Position numbers and translations under genes: made by a program. DNA of 62,692 nucleotides, filler included, from Collodictyon triciliatum (Eukaryota): assembly GCA_043381765.1 (NCBI GenBank). It is 6 parts of 6 records of this genome, joined end to end, with 100 filler letters (N's around TTAATTAATTAA, not from the genome) between each part and the next. Parts side by side here need not be neighbours in the genome. Positions count along the whole stretch, not along the records: positions 1 to 4,669 come from JBHJMP010000465.1; positions 4,770 to 11,395 come from JBHJMP010000466.1; positions 11,496 to 26,962 come from JBHJMP010000467.1; 3 more parts are not named here. One strand, 5' to 3'. Shown here piece after piece: positions 1-12,237 of the stretch (positions are counted from its first letter, which is position 1; each line of letters starts with the position of its first letter). A model generated the notes under the pieces. It worked only from the letters and a program-made list of their open reading frames with translations, was not told where the DNA came from and ran no database searches.

Positions 1-209
1 AAGATTCTGTCAAATATTGTTTCTCATTCTTTAGCAGAAGATTACTTACATGTCTCGGAAATTACTTTATCATAGAAGTTAACTTCTTTTTCTTTTTCTT
101 TTTCTTGTTTTTCTTTTCTTGTTTTTCTTTTCTTGTTTTTCTTTTCTTGTTTTTCTTTTCTTCATTTTCTTCTTCTCTTATTTCTACCTGTTTCCTTGCC
201 ATATGTCAG

Positions 210-3200
210 AAACTTCCCGTCCTTTTCTTTCCTAACCCACTCGACCTTGAGTTCCAACTTTGTGTTGAGTCATGTCCGAAGAATGGAACTTTTGGAGATG
301 TTACATGCGATGTGGATGATTACGTAATATTTTGTTCTCTCGTCTGATATTTATTTCTAAAATGCTAAAATCCAATATTACAACCAGAACAGAATTATAC
401 TAAGCTTTGTTTGGATGGCGCTTTTTTCATGTGTGATTCGTTATTATTTCTAATACTGATTTATCAATTGGTCTATTTAACCAGATCTGTGATTACAAAG
501 CTGAACGCAAGCTTTCTAATCTAGGAACCCTATGCTTTTGTCCTTATGCCACAACAGAATGTATGTACATATGTATTTATCTTTTGCATCAACTAATTAT
601 TCGAGAAGATTTCTTTTTACCAAACAATAATTTAAGTGTCTTGTTTTGTTCTGTTCTGTAACTCTTGTAATAATTATCTCGTTCCAAATGCATACGCAGT
701 TCTCTATCGCTGCTTCCCAGACGAACTTGCTGAAATCGGGAGCTCTAATGTGACTGAAAGTATCCAAGATGCACTCTCCAGCCGCCCCGAAATTGCCCAG
801 GCCTTCTCTGATATCTCCCAAACCTGGGAAATAATCCTCGGATTCGGTACTATTATGATATCTCACTGTATGTTTTAAAGAGGCTGCCTTATGATTGTGT
901 GCTTTGCTTCCTCTCCCCTTTTTCCATAACCCCTGAGGCATGAATATGTATTTTGAACATAAATTGTAAAAAATAAAAATGACAGGATTTCTCGCTTTCG
1001 GACTTTGTTTCGTATGGCTATTTCTTGTTGCAAGTGAGCATCTAATATTCATCTATATCCGCGGCCTAATAATTTTATCTCTTTTTATCGCTGGCTCAAA
1101 AGACGTGGCCAGGACGTGTATCATATCTAACTCCCAAATTACAGTCTTTGCATCCTTCTTTGTCTGGGTCACTATCCTTGCTGTGGTTGTTGCAAGCTGG
1201 GCTTTTGCTGGATACACTTGGCAAATTTGTAAAGCATATATTCTTTTCTTTTCCCTTTTTTCTAACCCCCTTTTCATTATTCTCAACATTTCATTTTCAC
1301 CTGATCTGCTACTCTGTATCTGTTTGCCGTCATTTGACGGCCTTTTACAATTACAGACAATGATACCAGCAGCCTCACCACAAGCACAGATGAAGCTGAC
1401 TCTTTTGTGAACCAGAAGAATGTATGCCTAGCTCTGAATCGAGTTCAAATTATCCATAACTTTATTATATATACGATAGAATATAAGAGAATATGATAAC
1501 CTCAATTAGGCTGTCCAAGGTATTGCGATTGCTTTGACCATTATCAGTTTTGCACTCACTTGCATCATTATTGCCTTAAGAAAGGTAATAGTGCAGGCCA
1601 AATACAAAAAATATATATGACAGACGGAAGCCTCTTTCATTTCCTGTATTGTCACTTTTGCTTCTCTTGATGACTCTCGGATTTCCCTGTCTTTTGGTTT
1701 TCTTTTTTCTTTTTTTAATAAAAAAAAAAAACTCACATCAGCGTATTCGCTTGGCTATCGGAATCGTGCAAGAAGCCAGCTCTGCTGTGCGTGCGATGCC
1801 CTTGGTAAGTATTTATTGGCTGAGATTTCATGGTGGATTTTAATGTTTGGTTTTCTATTTGCAATTTTTTTGTGGCATGAAAGATATTATTTTTTTTACT
1901 TATACTCCTTGAAAATGGACACATTTGCAGGTTATTTTCTTCCCAGTTTTCATCTTCATTTCCCTGGGTTTGTTCTTCGCTTGGTGGGTTGTTGTGGCTG
2001 TGTATCCAACCATTTCCATTGAACTTTATGGATTTATCATTCATCATATCATTCACTCGTAATATTTTCATTCCAAAATTACTCGTGATCTAACGTTCAT
2101 CCTTGACTGGGAGAAAGATACTTAGCCAGCTACGAAGGAGAGAATTGTATCGATTGCCATCCCTGGGTGACCGAAAAGTATATCGTTCAGGATTGAAAAT
2201 TAGCTTGACATTTGTGGTTAATAGTCTTGTTTTCTCTTCTTTTTTTTTTCTTCGATATATGAACTCATTTAATGTGAATGTGTAACTATAGATCACTGAA
2301 GGCGATGTACATTTATCACCTGGTTGCTTTCTATTGGAATATCAAGTATGTCTATAGATTATGACATCGTGTAATATTCACTCCGATGGTATCTGTTAAT
2401 ATCATATTTTTTTCCCTTTAGCTTCATTATTGCCATCAATCAAGTTACCATCGCTGGTGCCATCGGTTCATGGTACTGGGCTACTGATAAAAAGGTTTTT
2501 TTTATCTGTTTACCCTCGCAACCTTGCCATTCATTCTGTGCATAAACCAGAATGGTATCTAACCATTTCAATGCAGAATTTACCTTCACTTCCTGTATTC
2601 CGCTCCTTTGTTCGTGCTATTCGATACCATCTTGGGTCTCTTGCTCTTGGCTCCCTCATCATTGCGATTGTTCAAACTATTCGCACTATAATCACGTTCG
2701 GTTTATCCCATCGCCTACATTTTCAAACAAACTATCTTCAAGTAAAACATCGTTTGACAAATAATATGAAACTGTTACAAACTGTATCTGCTTTTTTCTT
2801 TTCTTCTCCTTTTTTTCTTCTTCCAAAACAGCTGGTTCCAGCAACAAGCAAAGACTCAAAAGAATAAGGTCGTCGAGGCCATTCTCTGGTAAAATATATA
2901 TATAATTATTAAACCTTGTAATGAGAGTTTTCCGCAGTGAATGTTATATTTCTTCCTGGACTCATCATTACTATAACCAGCTGCATCAACTGCTGCGTTG
3001 CTTGTGTGGAGCGTTTCTTGAAGTTCATCAATAAGAATGCTTATATCATGGTTGTTTTTTTTTTCCCCTTAATTTTAAACTAACCTATTTAGTGGGATAT
3101 TCAATTCAATCACACTGAAAAAATTTAATCCGGTCAGATTGCTATCTATGGAGATTCGTTCTGCTCCAGCGCTGTCACAGCGTTCGAGCTTATCTGGAGT

Positions 3201-4028
3201 AATCTCGTCCGTGTCGCCACGGTCAACTTTGTCAGTAAGTATTCGACTTTTATATTTTTCCGCTAAATTCGATGTATCCTCTTGATGAATTACTTTGAAT
3301 TAATTCTTTTAAAAAAAGGAAAAAGAATTTTTTTTGTTCCTTGGTTTTCTTGCATAGTCACTCAACGAATGGAACCAATTCGATAGGTGAATTCCTCATC
3401 TTCCTGGGCAAGGTGTTTGTCGCGGCTGTGTGTGGTGCTGCTTCAGCCAATGTTTTCTATCAGACACCTGAAGTTGGCTTCTGGATGTTCCCATCGCTGG
3501 TGAGAGCCCACACCCCTAAATTTCATTTATCACAAAGCAGCTCTAGAAGATGGTGTATTAACTTCAACCTTTGGTTCAATTATAATCATCATTTTGCCAA
3601 ATGGAACGCATTTAGCTCGTTATCATCTTCGCTTACATCATCGCCACTGCTTTTTTGGCTGTCTATGATATGGCCATCGACACAGTTTGTTTAATTTTTT
3701 TTTAAAAAAAAAAGTTGTGTATCTACGGGCCAAAGATTGGAATATTTCGTTCACGTATATTATAGATTCTTCTCTGCTTCTTGGATGAGGAAGAGCGCCG
3801 TAAATCCGATCCCAATCTTCCTGTCCATGCCTCAGTATGCTCATTAACAATATTTCTCATCAACGTCCCTGACATCGAATTGCAAAGTAGCAGAAAATGA
3901 CAGGATTTATGGAATAACAAATAATAACTACGAAACAGGAAAATCTGTCAAAGTTCATCAAACGTGTGGAGCTCGCATCCATCCACGGACAAGATGAGGA
4001 TGATGATGAAGCCAATAAGAAATTATAA
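210..4028 (+). CDS. Choline transporter-like (CTL/SLC44) protein, multi-exon, 5' partial
   Basis: GT-AG exons splice to CTL motifs: QLCVESCP, YRCFP, RIRLAIGIVQEASSAVRAMP, RAIRYHLGSLALGSLIIAIVQ, ERFLKFINKNAYIM-IAIYGDSFCSSA, VYDMAIDT-ILLCF. Stop TAA at 4026-4028. Confidence 0.9.
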
Positions 4029-4669
4029 AATCTCCGACCTCATCATTTCGTCGATATTATGTTCTTATCACCAACTATTCAGTGGGCTTCTTTCGAATAT
4101 TCGGCCTTACCCAAGAAACAACTGAATTTGGCCAAAATAAAAGGCGAACTATATTCATGATTGCATGTTTGAAATATAAAAATTTATTAACAGATAGTCT
4201 TTTGGTTTCTGTTTTTCTGATGAATCAAATGGCATCACCCTGCAAAAAGAAAAAAAAAACTATTTCGTGGCATTTGTCTCTGGTTATCTTGAATTGATTT
4301 TAGTCTGCAAATGGAGTGGCATCGAGTTCGTTGGGTAATGAGTCCATCCCCAAAGCGTTTGTACAAGCCCTTATTGTCATCCAGTGTATATATGCATAGA
4401 TTGTCAATTCCCCTGTTCCTGGTGCTTTCGAGCAACAAGCAGGAGTGTTGAACTATGCCTCATACAAACCAATCAGCTCTTTGAGAGGAGGAATTATCAT
4501 AATTGAATATTGCTCAATTCTGCTATGCTTTGACTTGCAGTGAAAAGGGTAGGACTATATGACACACTCAAAACAGAGGCAGATGGATAGTGCGCATGGA
4601 AATCTAAGGAGGCTGTTACTGAGTATACATTTGTTTCTCCTCATATGCGCACTCCGACCACATGCGAGA

Positions 4670-4769
4670 NNNNNNNNNNNNNNNNNNNNNNNNNNNNNNN
4701 NNNNNNNNNNNNNTTAATTAATTAANNNNNNNNNNNNNNNNNNNNNNNNNNNNNNNNNNNNNNNNNNNN
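4670..4769. other. Artificial scaffold linker (N-run, TTAATTAATTAA, N-run)
   Basis: 100-nt spacer whose core gives stops in all six frames. The same structure recurs four more times. Confidence 0.95.
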
Positions 4770-4862
4770 AGCCTTTCCAAGACTTTCCCTTCGTCATATT
4801 GATTTGTAATATTAATACATAGAAATTAAAATATTGAATGACTTTACAAAACTGTATCGAAT

Positions 4863-7800
4863 TTAATTGGATTGGATTCTATGGACAGAAATTGATGATA
4901 ATCTTGAAACTGCAGACTTTTTGATTTTTGGTGCAGGTTTGNNNNNNNNNNNNNNNNNNNNNNNNNNNNNNNNNNNNNNNNNNNNNNNNNNNNNNNNNNN
5001 NNNNNNNNNNNNNNNNNNNNNNNNNNNNNNNNNNNNNNNNNNNNNNNNNNNNNNNNNNNNNNNNNNNNNNNNNNNNNNNNNNNNNNNNNNNNNNNNNNNN
5101 NNNNNNNNNNNNNNNNNNNNNNNNNNNNNNNNNNNNNNNNNNNNNNNNNNNNNNNNNNNNNNNNNNNNNNNNNNNNNNNNNNNNNNNNNNNNNNNNNNNN
5201 NNNNNNNNNNNNNNNNNNNNNNNNNNNNNNNNNNNNNNNNNNNNNNNNNNNNNNNNNNNNNNNNNNNNNNNNNNNNNNNNNNNNNNNNNNNNNNNNNNNN
5301 NNNNNNNNNNNNNNNNNNNNNNNNNNNNNNNNNNNNNNNNNNNNNNNNNNNNNNNNNNNNNNNNNNNNNNNNNNNNNNNNNNNNNNNNNNNNNNNNNNNN
5401 NNNNNNNNNNNNNNNNNNNNNNNNNNNNNNNNNNNNNNNNNNNNNNNNNNNNNNNNNNNNNNNNNNNNNNNNNNNNNNNNNNNNNNNNNNNNNNNNNNNN
5501 NNNNNNNNNNNNNNNNNNATGAACTTCTGCTCCTGACTCGCACTAACACGAGAAGCAGATGGATAAGACAAACAAAATTCAAACCATTTCTTCTGAGATC
5601 CATTAAATAAAAATTCCAGGGGTTTAACAAAACACTAAGGATTTACAATAACAGAAACAAAAACGGCATATAATAAAACATACCGATAGAATTTTTTGTT
5701 CCAATCGAAGTATTATCATTATCGATACATTGACTAACGTATTAATACCTTCGTAGAATAAAACGTCCCACACTCTCATACAAGCCTGCGATCAGCAAAA
5801 AAAAATAAAAAATAAAAAATAAAAAATAAAAAATAAAAAATAAAAAATAAAAAATAAAAAATAAAAAATAAAAAATAAAAAATAAAAAATAAAAAAATAA
5901 ATAAAAAATATAAAAAAATAAATAAAAATATAAAAAATAAAGAATAAATTAAATTTGATTTCTCTGCTATGTTTTGTGTGTACTTTCCGCATAAAAAACA
6001 TTTAAATAAAAATGACAAAAAAATCGAGGTATACTATCTTGTAAAGGTTTACCTCAAATGGAATAATATTCAAGAACAAGCACATAACCCACGGCAAAGT
6101 GACTGTTTCAATGGCCACTCCAAATATTTGGAGCTGGTTGAATAGCTGGAGATATTGTTTTCAGTACTAATGTATTCAAACATATCGCGAACCGGGTTGA
6201 ATTAACCAATCGATTGAACTTTCATTCATTCTCAGACTACCTTAATATGATGATAAATTCATTCTCATATACTTAGCAAACCTGCTGATGGCGATGCTGT
6301 AGAATGTGTTTAATTATCCTACACTCAATTAGTGTTCCTGCAATCTTTGACGAATAAAATGAGCTTGGTAGTATACGGTCAACAAGGTGACACATCATCC
6401 AAAATGCCTCTTGTTCAGACATGAAGAGTAGCATCGCCCTGTTGTAAATATATCAGATCAATTGATAAGTTGACGTCACTTTTTTAAAACAAGGAATTAT
6501 TTCTCAGAGATTTAATTCGAGAACAAATAAGTAATTTCTAATAGTTCTTTTTTTTTTTTTTTGATGATAATTTTTGAATGTATCTATATAGGGATAATTT
6601 TAATTATTCCTGGGTGATAAATTATATTGGAATACTCACGCTACGACGAAATTCATGGATTGACAGTAACCAATGTCTGGCCTAACCCATGCAAAACTCT
6701 GCAACACTCGTTTTAAGTATTTCAAGTGACTGGCTGAACTTAATATTTTATGCTTAGGAAATGTTCTCATCAAATCTTGCTCAATTTGGAGTGTATCAGG
6801 AATGAGGTCTTCTTGGACGGAGACCTAGAAATACAAGTTTTAATTTCTAGAAAAACAAAGAATAAAAATATGGAAGAAAAACGGGGAAAAAAAAGAGTGG
6901 AAATGATCAAGAATATCATGACACTATGTACTTTGAATGTGACTAATATGCAGACTCAAGAATTAGGGTATTTTTTTTCGTGCAAACATAACAAATACCT
7001 TTATATAAGAAATGTTAAAATAGTATTACCAACACATCATGATAGTGAACACCTTGTGTATATTGCTGATGCCTAATATCACATATGACTTGCCAAACCT
7101 GAGTTGAGATTTGTAACATTATTTCTCGCGTATTTTGATTTATCCTCAAAACTTACTCTACAGTCGATAATAATTTTCCTCAATTTTGACTTCTTTGAAC
7201 TGAGGTATTCAGGAAGATCATACCTGTCCTCTGATTTCAGTTGGGATTCCACCTCTAACAAGTTTTTCTAGTCGGTCATCTTTGACCATATTTTTTGTAC
7301 TGCGATTGATAGAAGACAGGTATTCCCTCCACAACCTCTCCTGTTTAACTCGCTTATCAAGAAGACTTTTGTAGACCTTGCTTTTTGCTGATACCTCAGA
7401 GGCCCCTAAAGTAAATCCAAATTCATCTTCAAGAGTAAATCCGCCAGAAAACCTTGATATTTATTACGAAAGTAAATTATTGGGCTCAAAATAATGCTTC
7501 AACAGATTTCCCAAAGCAATTAAATCATATGGAACATAGGCTTTATGAATGATTTTAATAAAACAATATGTGAAAACAACCTAATATTTGTCGCTTCGTT
7601 CCCTCGAGCGCTAGATTTAAAATCAACTTGATCTAGTTTCTCATGAAAAGACCGCGGCTGTAACAAAACAGGTATGAATATGTATACGAGATTATGAGAT
7701 TTGTGAGGAAATCAAACTAAACGTACGTTCATTATTATCTTATGACCTCGGAGTACTGGAATCTCATTGGGACTCTTCTCAGGATTTGATTCTATCTATG

Positions 7801-8466
7801 TTTTGAGCATACTTATATATCTCGATGTATAAATGTGAAATCATGGGACAAGTTTCTACGAATGAAATATTGCAAACTCTATTATTTTAATTTATTTACT
7901 TTCTAGTGAGTTGAGTCAGATATATGGATATATACCTCTCTCCACCGAGAAATAAAAAAGAATAAAAAAGAATAAAAAAGAATAAAAAAGAATAAAAAAG
8001 AATAAAAAAGAATAAAAAAGAATAAAAAAGAATAAAAAAGAATAAAAAAGAATANNNNNNNNNNNNNNNNNNNNNNNNNNNNNNNNNNNNNNNNNNNNNN
8101 NNNNNNNNNNNNNNNNNNNNNNNNNNNNNNNNNNNNNNNNNNNNNNNNNNNNNNTAAAAAAGAATAAAAAAGAATAAAAAAGAATAAAAAAGAATAAAAA
8201 AGAATAAAAAAGAATAAAAAAAGAATAAAAAAGAATAAAAAAGAATAAAAAAGAATAAAAAAAGAATAAAAAAGAATAAAAAAGAATAAAAAAGAATAAA
8301 AAAAGAATAAACAAAGAATAAAAAAGAATAAAAAAGAATAAAAAAGAATAAAAAAGAATAAAATAAAAACAACCATGATAGGATGGACAGTTTCGCCTTT
8401 TCACTATCATATTCCAAACCGTGAGTCGAAAGACAATTCAAAATAGATTTATACCTCTGTCATCAT
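4863..8466 (-). CDS. TBC-domain Rab GTPase-activating protein, multi-exon; both ends uncertain, spans N gaps
   Basis: Spliced exons give DEFGF...LEKLVRGGIPTEIRGQ|VWQ, QIEQDLMRTFP (R-finger), IGYCQSMNFV (Q-finger), EQEAFW, LPWVMCLF, MRVWDVLFYEG. Confidence 0.85.
7951..8366. repeat. (AAAAAAGAAT)n-type simple repeat with internal gap
   Basis: Visible tandem repeat. Confidence 0.9.
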
Positions 8467-9683
8467 TTTCCCGCTCCCAAGGCCTATGATATGGCTGTCG
8501 TCGTGTGGGTAACTGAGCCTATTCGCGTCTATTTCGTGGTCTGGCAAAGTCCTCCCCTAAGAAACAACAGGCGAGACTATGTCAAACAATCTGAGCAATC
8601 TTGACCTGTCCCTCCTTTCACCAAGCCCAGGATTGGTTCCTCAGAACGCAAAAGGCCTACGTACCACACAGGTGGACAGACCGCTCTGATAGTTGAGGGG
8701 AAATATGGGAATGACTGAGCAAGTACCTGGCTTGTCTGCCCCTGCGCGCCAGCAGCAACTCGCGCTGTGCCCGGCATACCAGGCCATATTCTGCGCCCAA
8801 GAGGCGAGGCGCCAAACAGGCGCTCCAAGCTAAGAAACGAATCGCTTCGGGACACCGGCTTTCCCTTGGAGGAGATCTGCGGGCTTCGTGGCTCCATGGA
8901 AGAACTTTGCGGGTTTGGCCGACCGGCAGGGTTGAGAGCGGGGCTGAAAGCGCAAACGGCGAGAAATACGTTCTTTCCTTTTCTTTTCAGTGCCTCTTTG
9001 GCGTTCTATTCGCTTTTTTTTTATTTTTTTTTTTTTATTTTTTTTGCATTCCCTTGTCGGTGAACACCAACGAAACGAACGTTTGGAGTGAAAGGTGTTG
9101 TGTGACAGGAAATGTGTATGAATCGGCAAATAGAGTTGTTGGACACTTTGGTGATTTCTGAGGGCTGTCAGCTGTCACGCAGGGTGTCGCTTGGGAAGGC
9201 AGATACGCGCGCGTCTGGCCTCGCATCTTGGTCTTGCCCCATAGATGCTGCCTCTGAGCAGGCATTTTGCCTGCTTCATGGGCATTGCCGGAGCCTTGCT
9301 GATTCTTTCCTCTGGCTGGAGACACCGGTAAAAGTCTGCCCGCGACGCAGCATATCTAGGACTCTTTTTCAACACCGCAACACACAGACGCGACGAAACG
9401 CCCACACATAACACGGAAACAGGCCAGCGCACAAGATGAAAAAATAAAATAAAATAACGAGAGAAAAAAAAATAACATTAGAACGCAAATGGAGTGATGA
9501 TGAGCACTGAAAAATGGCACGATACAACACGAAGCCTCTTGCGTTGGAGGTTGGCCTCCCATGCATGAAAAAAGCTCGCAAGCCACGCAGGGGACGGACA
9601 AGACCCGAGCACAAAAGAGCATGAACGGGCTTTGATGAAAAAAATAATTATTGGGGGTTGGCTGCGGAGATCGCGAGGGGCGT

Positions 9684-9757
9684 TGTCTTCGGCTGGAATC
9701 GAACCAGCGGGATGTTTCCGCCTAATGAAAATTGCTTAACCACTCGCACACGAAGTA
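9684..9757 (-). tRNA. tRNA-Leu(UAG)-like gene or pseudo-tRNA with atypical structure
   Basis: Minus strand folds as TACTTCG-TG-TGCG-AGTGGTTA-AGCA-A-TTTTC-ATTAGGC-GGAAA-CATCCC-GCTGG-TTCGATT-CCAGC-CGAAGAC-A. A and B boxes are intact and a T-run lies about 40 nt downstream. Pairs 1:72 and 2:71 are mismatched and the variable arm is short. Confidence 0.6.
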
Positions 9758-10019
9758 GCCCCTTCGCTGTGGCCGCACCCAATGATGAGGGTTCAGCAAA
9801 GCATAAATAAAGATGATGTTGGAACCAGTTAAGAACTTTGTTACTGTACCTTGGAAGATTCGCGTTGTATGGGAGGGTGCTTTGCCATTAACACGAGGGG
9901 GGTTTTTTTTTCATTTCATTTTTATCTTCCGCAAGGTGGTGAGTGTAATCAACACAATCCGGGTTGGGTCATGTTCGCCGGCTTTTAGGCATTGGGCACA
10001 TGGTTCGCGGTTGGCATAT

Positions 10020-11252
10020 CTAGTTGATTTTGTCTGGCAGGGACTTTAATTCGGAGTAGCCTGGTTGTTGCGACCTCCAGTAGGCAAGAAATTCCTGTGG
10101 GGTTGTGTTCGGTTGTGTTGATTTAGCTTAATTATACACGTTGAATCCATAAATCCATAAAAAATAATATAATTAGCATACACAAAGGAAAAATTAAAAG
10201 AAATAATCAATCGACAAAAACACCAAACACCAAACACCAAACACCAAACACCAAATACCAAATACCAAAAACCAAATAAATAAAACATAAAGCAATTGGC
10301 TCTATAATAATAACCAGAGAACATAATACACAAACCTGTTTGTCAAGATATCCAAGCTTTACGCGACGCAGCTCATTTATATTGGCGATCAGAGCAGACA
10401 CACTATCCAGCCATTCGTCTGGAGATGACAGATTTGAAAATTCTGGTGTTTCGTGCTCTACCAGAGTCCTTACGATAAGCTTGTTTGATAGCTATAAAAG
10501 AAGGAAAAAGATGAGAATATAAATCCGCAACTGACAAAATAATATGTCTATCGACGTGAAAAGATACCTAACAACATCCTTATATGGGGATGAAAAAATA
10601 CCTGGAAACATGTTTTGAAAAGATGAGACCATATACTCCCAACGACATATGCTGGGGAAAACTTTTCATAGTCAAAGCTGAGACAGAGTTATTTTAATAG
10701 GAATAGTTTAATAGCATTTATAAAATTCTCAAAAAACTTTAGTTTGGGTATAGGGCATATACAGCTTGCCCAGCATTACCAAGAGTGAGAATAAAACATG
10801 AATATTCTAAACAGCATTTCATTCAGATATTTATATAAAAACAATTATATTGCATGAATTTTGAGCAATCACCTGAAAGACATCAAGATCACTTTTGTCT
10901 CCGATGGAATACCTGCCATATTAACAGGAAGAAATTGCATGACAGCCTTTCCATTGGACGTTATTCCCTGGGTTTAAGAACAAAAAAGAAAAAAAGAAAA
11001 AAAGAAAAAAAGAAAAAAAGAAAAAAAGAAAAAAAGAAAAAAAGAAAAAAAGAAAAAAAGAAAAAAAGAAAAGAAGCATTTATACGATTTCTTTTGCAAA
11101 AATTCAATCTGATAATTGCTGTCGTCAAACTAATGAAGCAAAATATTAATGGCGAATGAAGAAGCAGTTAAGCATGCCTCTGGGAAAACAACCACAGGAC
11201 CAAGACGATTGGGCTTTGCATTTGCCAGCAATTTTGCTAGCTGTATCGGCTC
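10020..11252 (-). CDS. Lysophospholipid acyltransferase-like protein (Vps66/Loa1/AUP1 type), 5' partial
   Basis: Five phase-consistent exons give GPVVVFPE|GITSNGKAVMQF (acyltransferase FPEG-x-x-SNG motif) through RRVKLGYLDKQ|EFLAYW...KIN*. The first visible intron uses a GC donor. Confidence 0.75.
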
Positions 11253-11395
11253 CTAATTATTAACATGCAATTCGTAAATGTTATTCACATAATACAGTGG
11301 CAAAAAACCAAAAAACCAAAAAACCAAAAACCAAAAACCAAAAAACAAAACCAAAACAAAACTAAAAACCAAAAAAAAAAACCAAAAAAAACCAA

Positions 11396-11495
11396 NNNNN
11401 NNNNNNNNNNNNNNNNNNNNNNNNNNNNNNNNNNNNNNNTTAATTAATTAANNNNNNNNNNNNNNNNNNNNNNNNNNNNNNNNNNNNNNNNNNNN
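11396..11495. other. Artificial scaffold linker
   Basis: N-TTAATTAATTAA-N. Confidence 0.95.
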
Positions 11496-12237
11496 TGAAT
11501 CTTGCTTTGCGTGAGTATTGCGTGCCATCCACATAGTCCATATTAAATGGCCTCGTGCCACTGCCCAATGTTTTTGCCTCTGGATTCAGCTGTTTCATAT
11601 TGCAAACTTCTCGAGATTTTGAAACAAATTGGAATTAATTACTAAAGTTGATGTACGACTCCAAGTCCAACCTTCCAGGAGCATTTTCTCAATAATTTAG
11701 CACGACATATAAAGCCCTTGAATAGTATGTGCTACCTAAATCTTGTTCATATCCCATCTTAACCCTTCATCTATCAACCCTTGAATCGAATTAAGAAAAA
11801 AAATGTCTCTTATTTATTTTGAATTATTTTTCCTTTTCTTTTGACTCTCCTTCTGTACTTACTGACCCTTTCCCTCTCAATTTTTCTTTTATTCTACTTT
11901 TTGGTTTCTTTTTCTATTGCTTATATTTTCTTATGGCCCTCGATAGTCGACATGCTCTCAAAAGTCGTGATTACTTAAAAAGTTCAGGCAGACCTTTTTG
12001 AATCGAATGAAGGGGAAAAAAAATAAAGTACAGATGGACTTGGCTCAATATTTTGATTAGAGTCGATTTTTGACTCTTTTACATTTTAAAGACAAAAGGT
12101 CATTTATTTATTCAAAGAAAAAGGTGCTGTTGGTTACCCAAAAAAAAAAAGCATCTGGTTCTGTTTGGCTAGTATAACTTTCTTCAGCTTTGTCTCTTTG
12201 CGGTATTGTCGAAATAGCGTCATCACAGTTTCAAATA

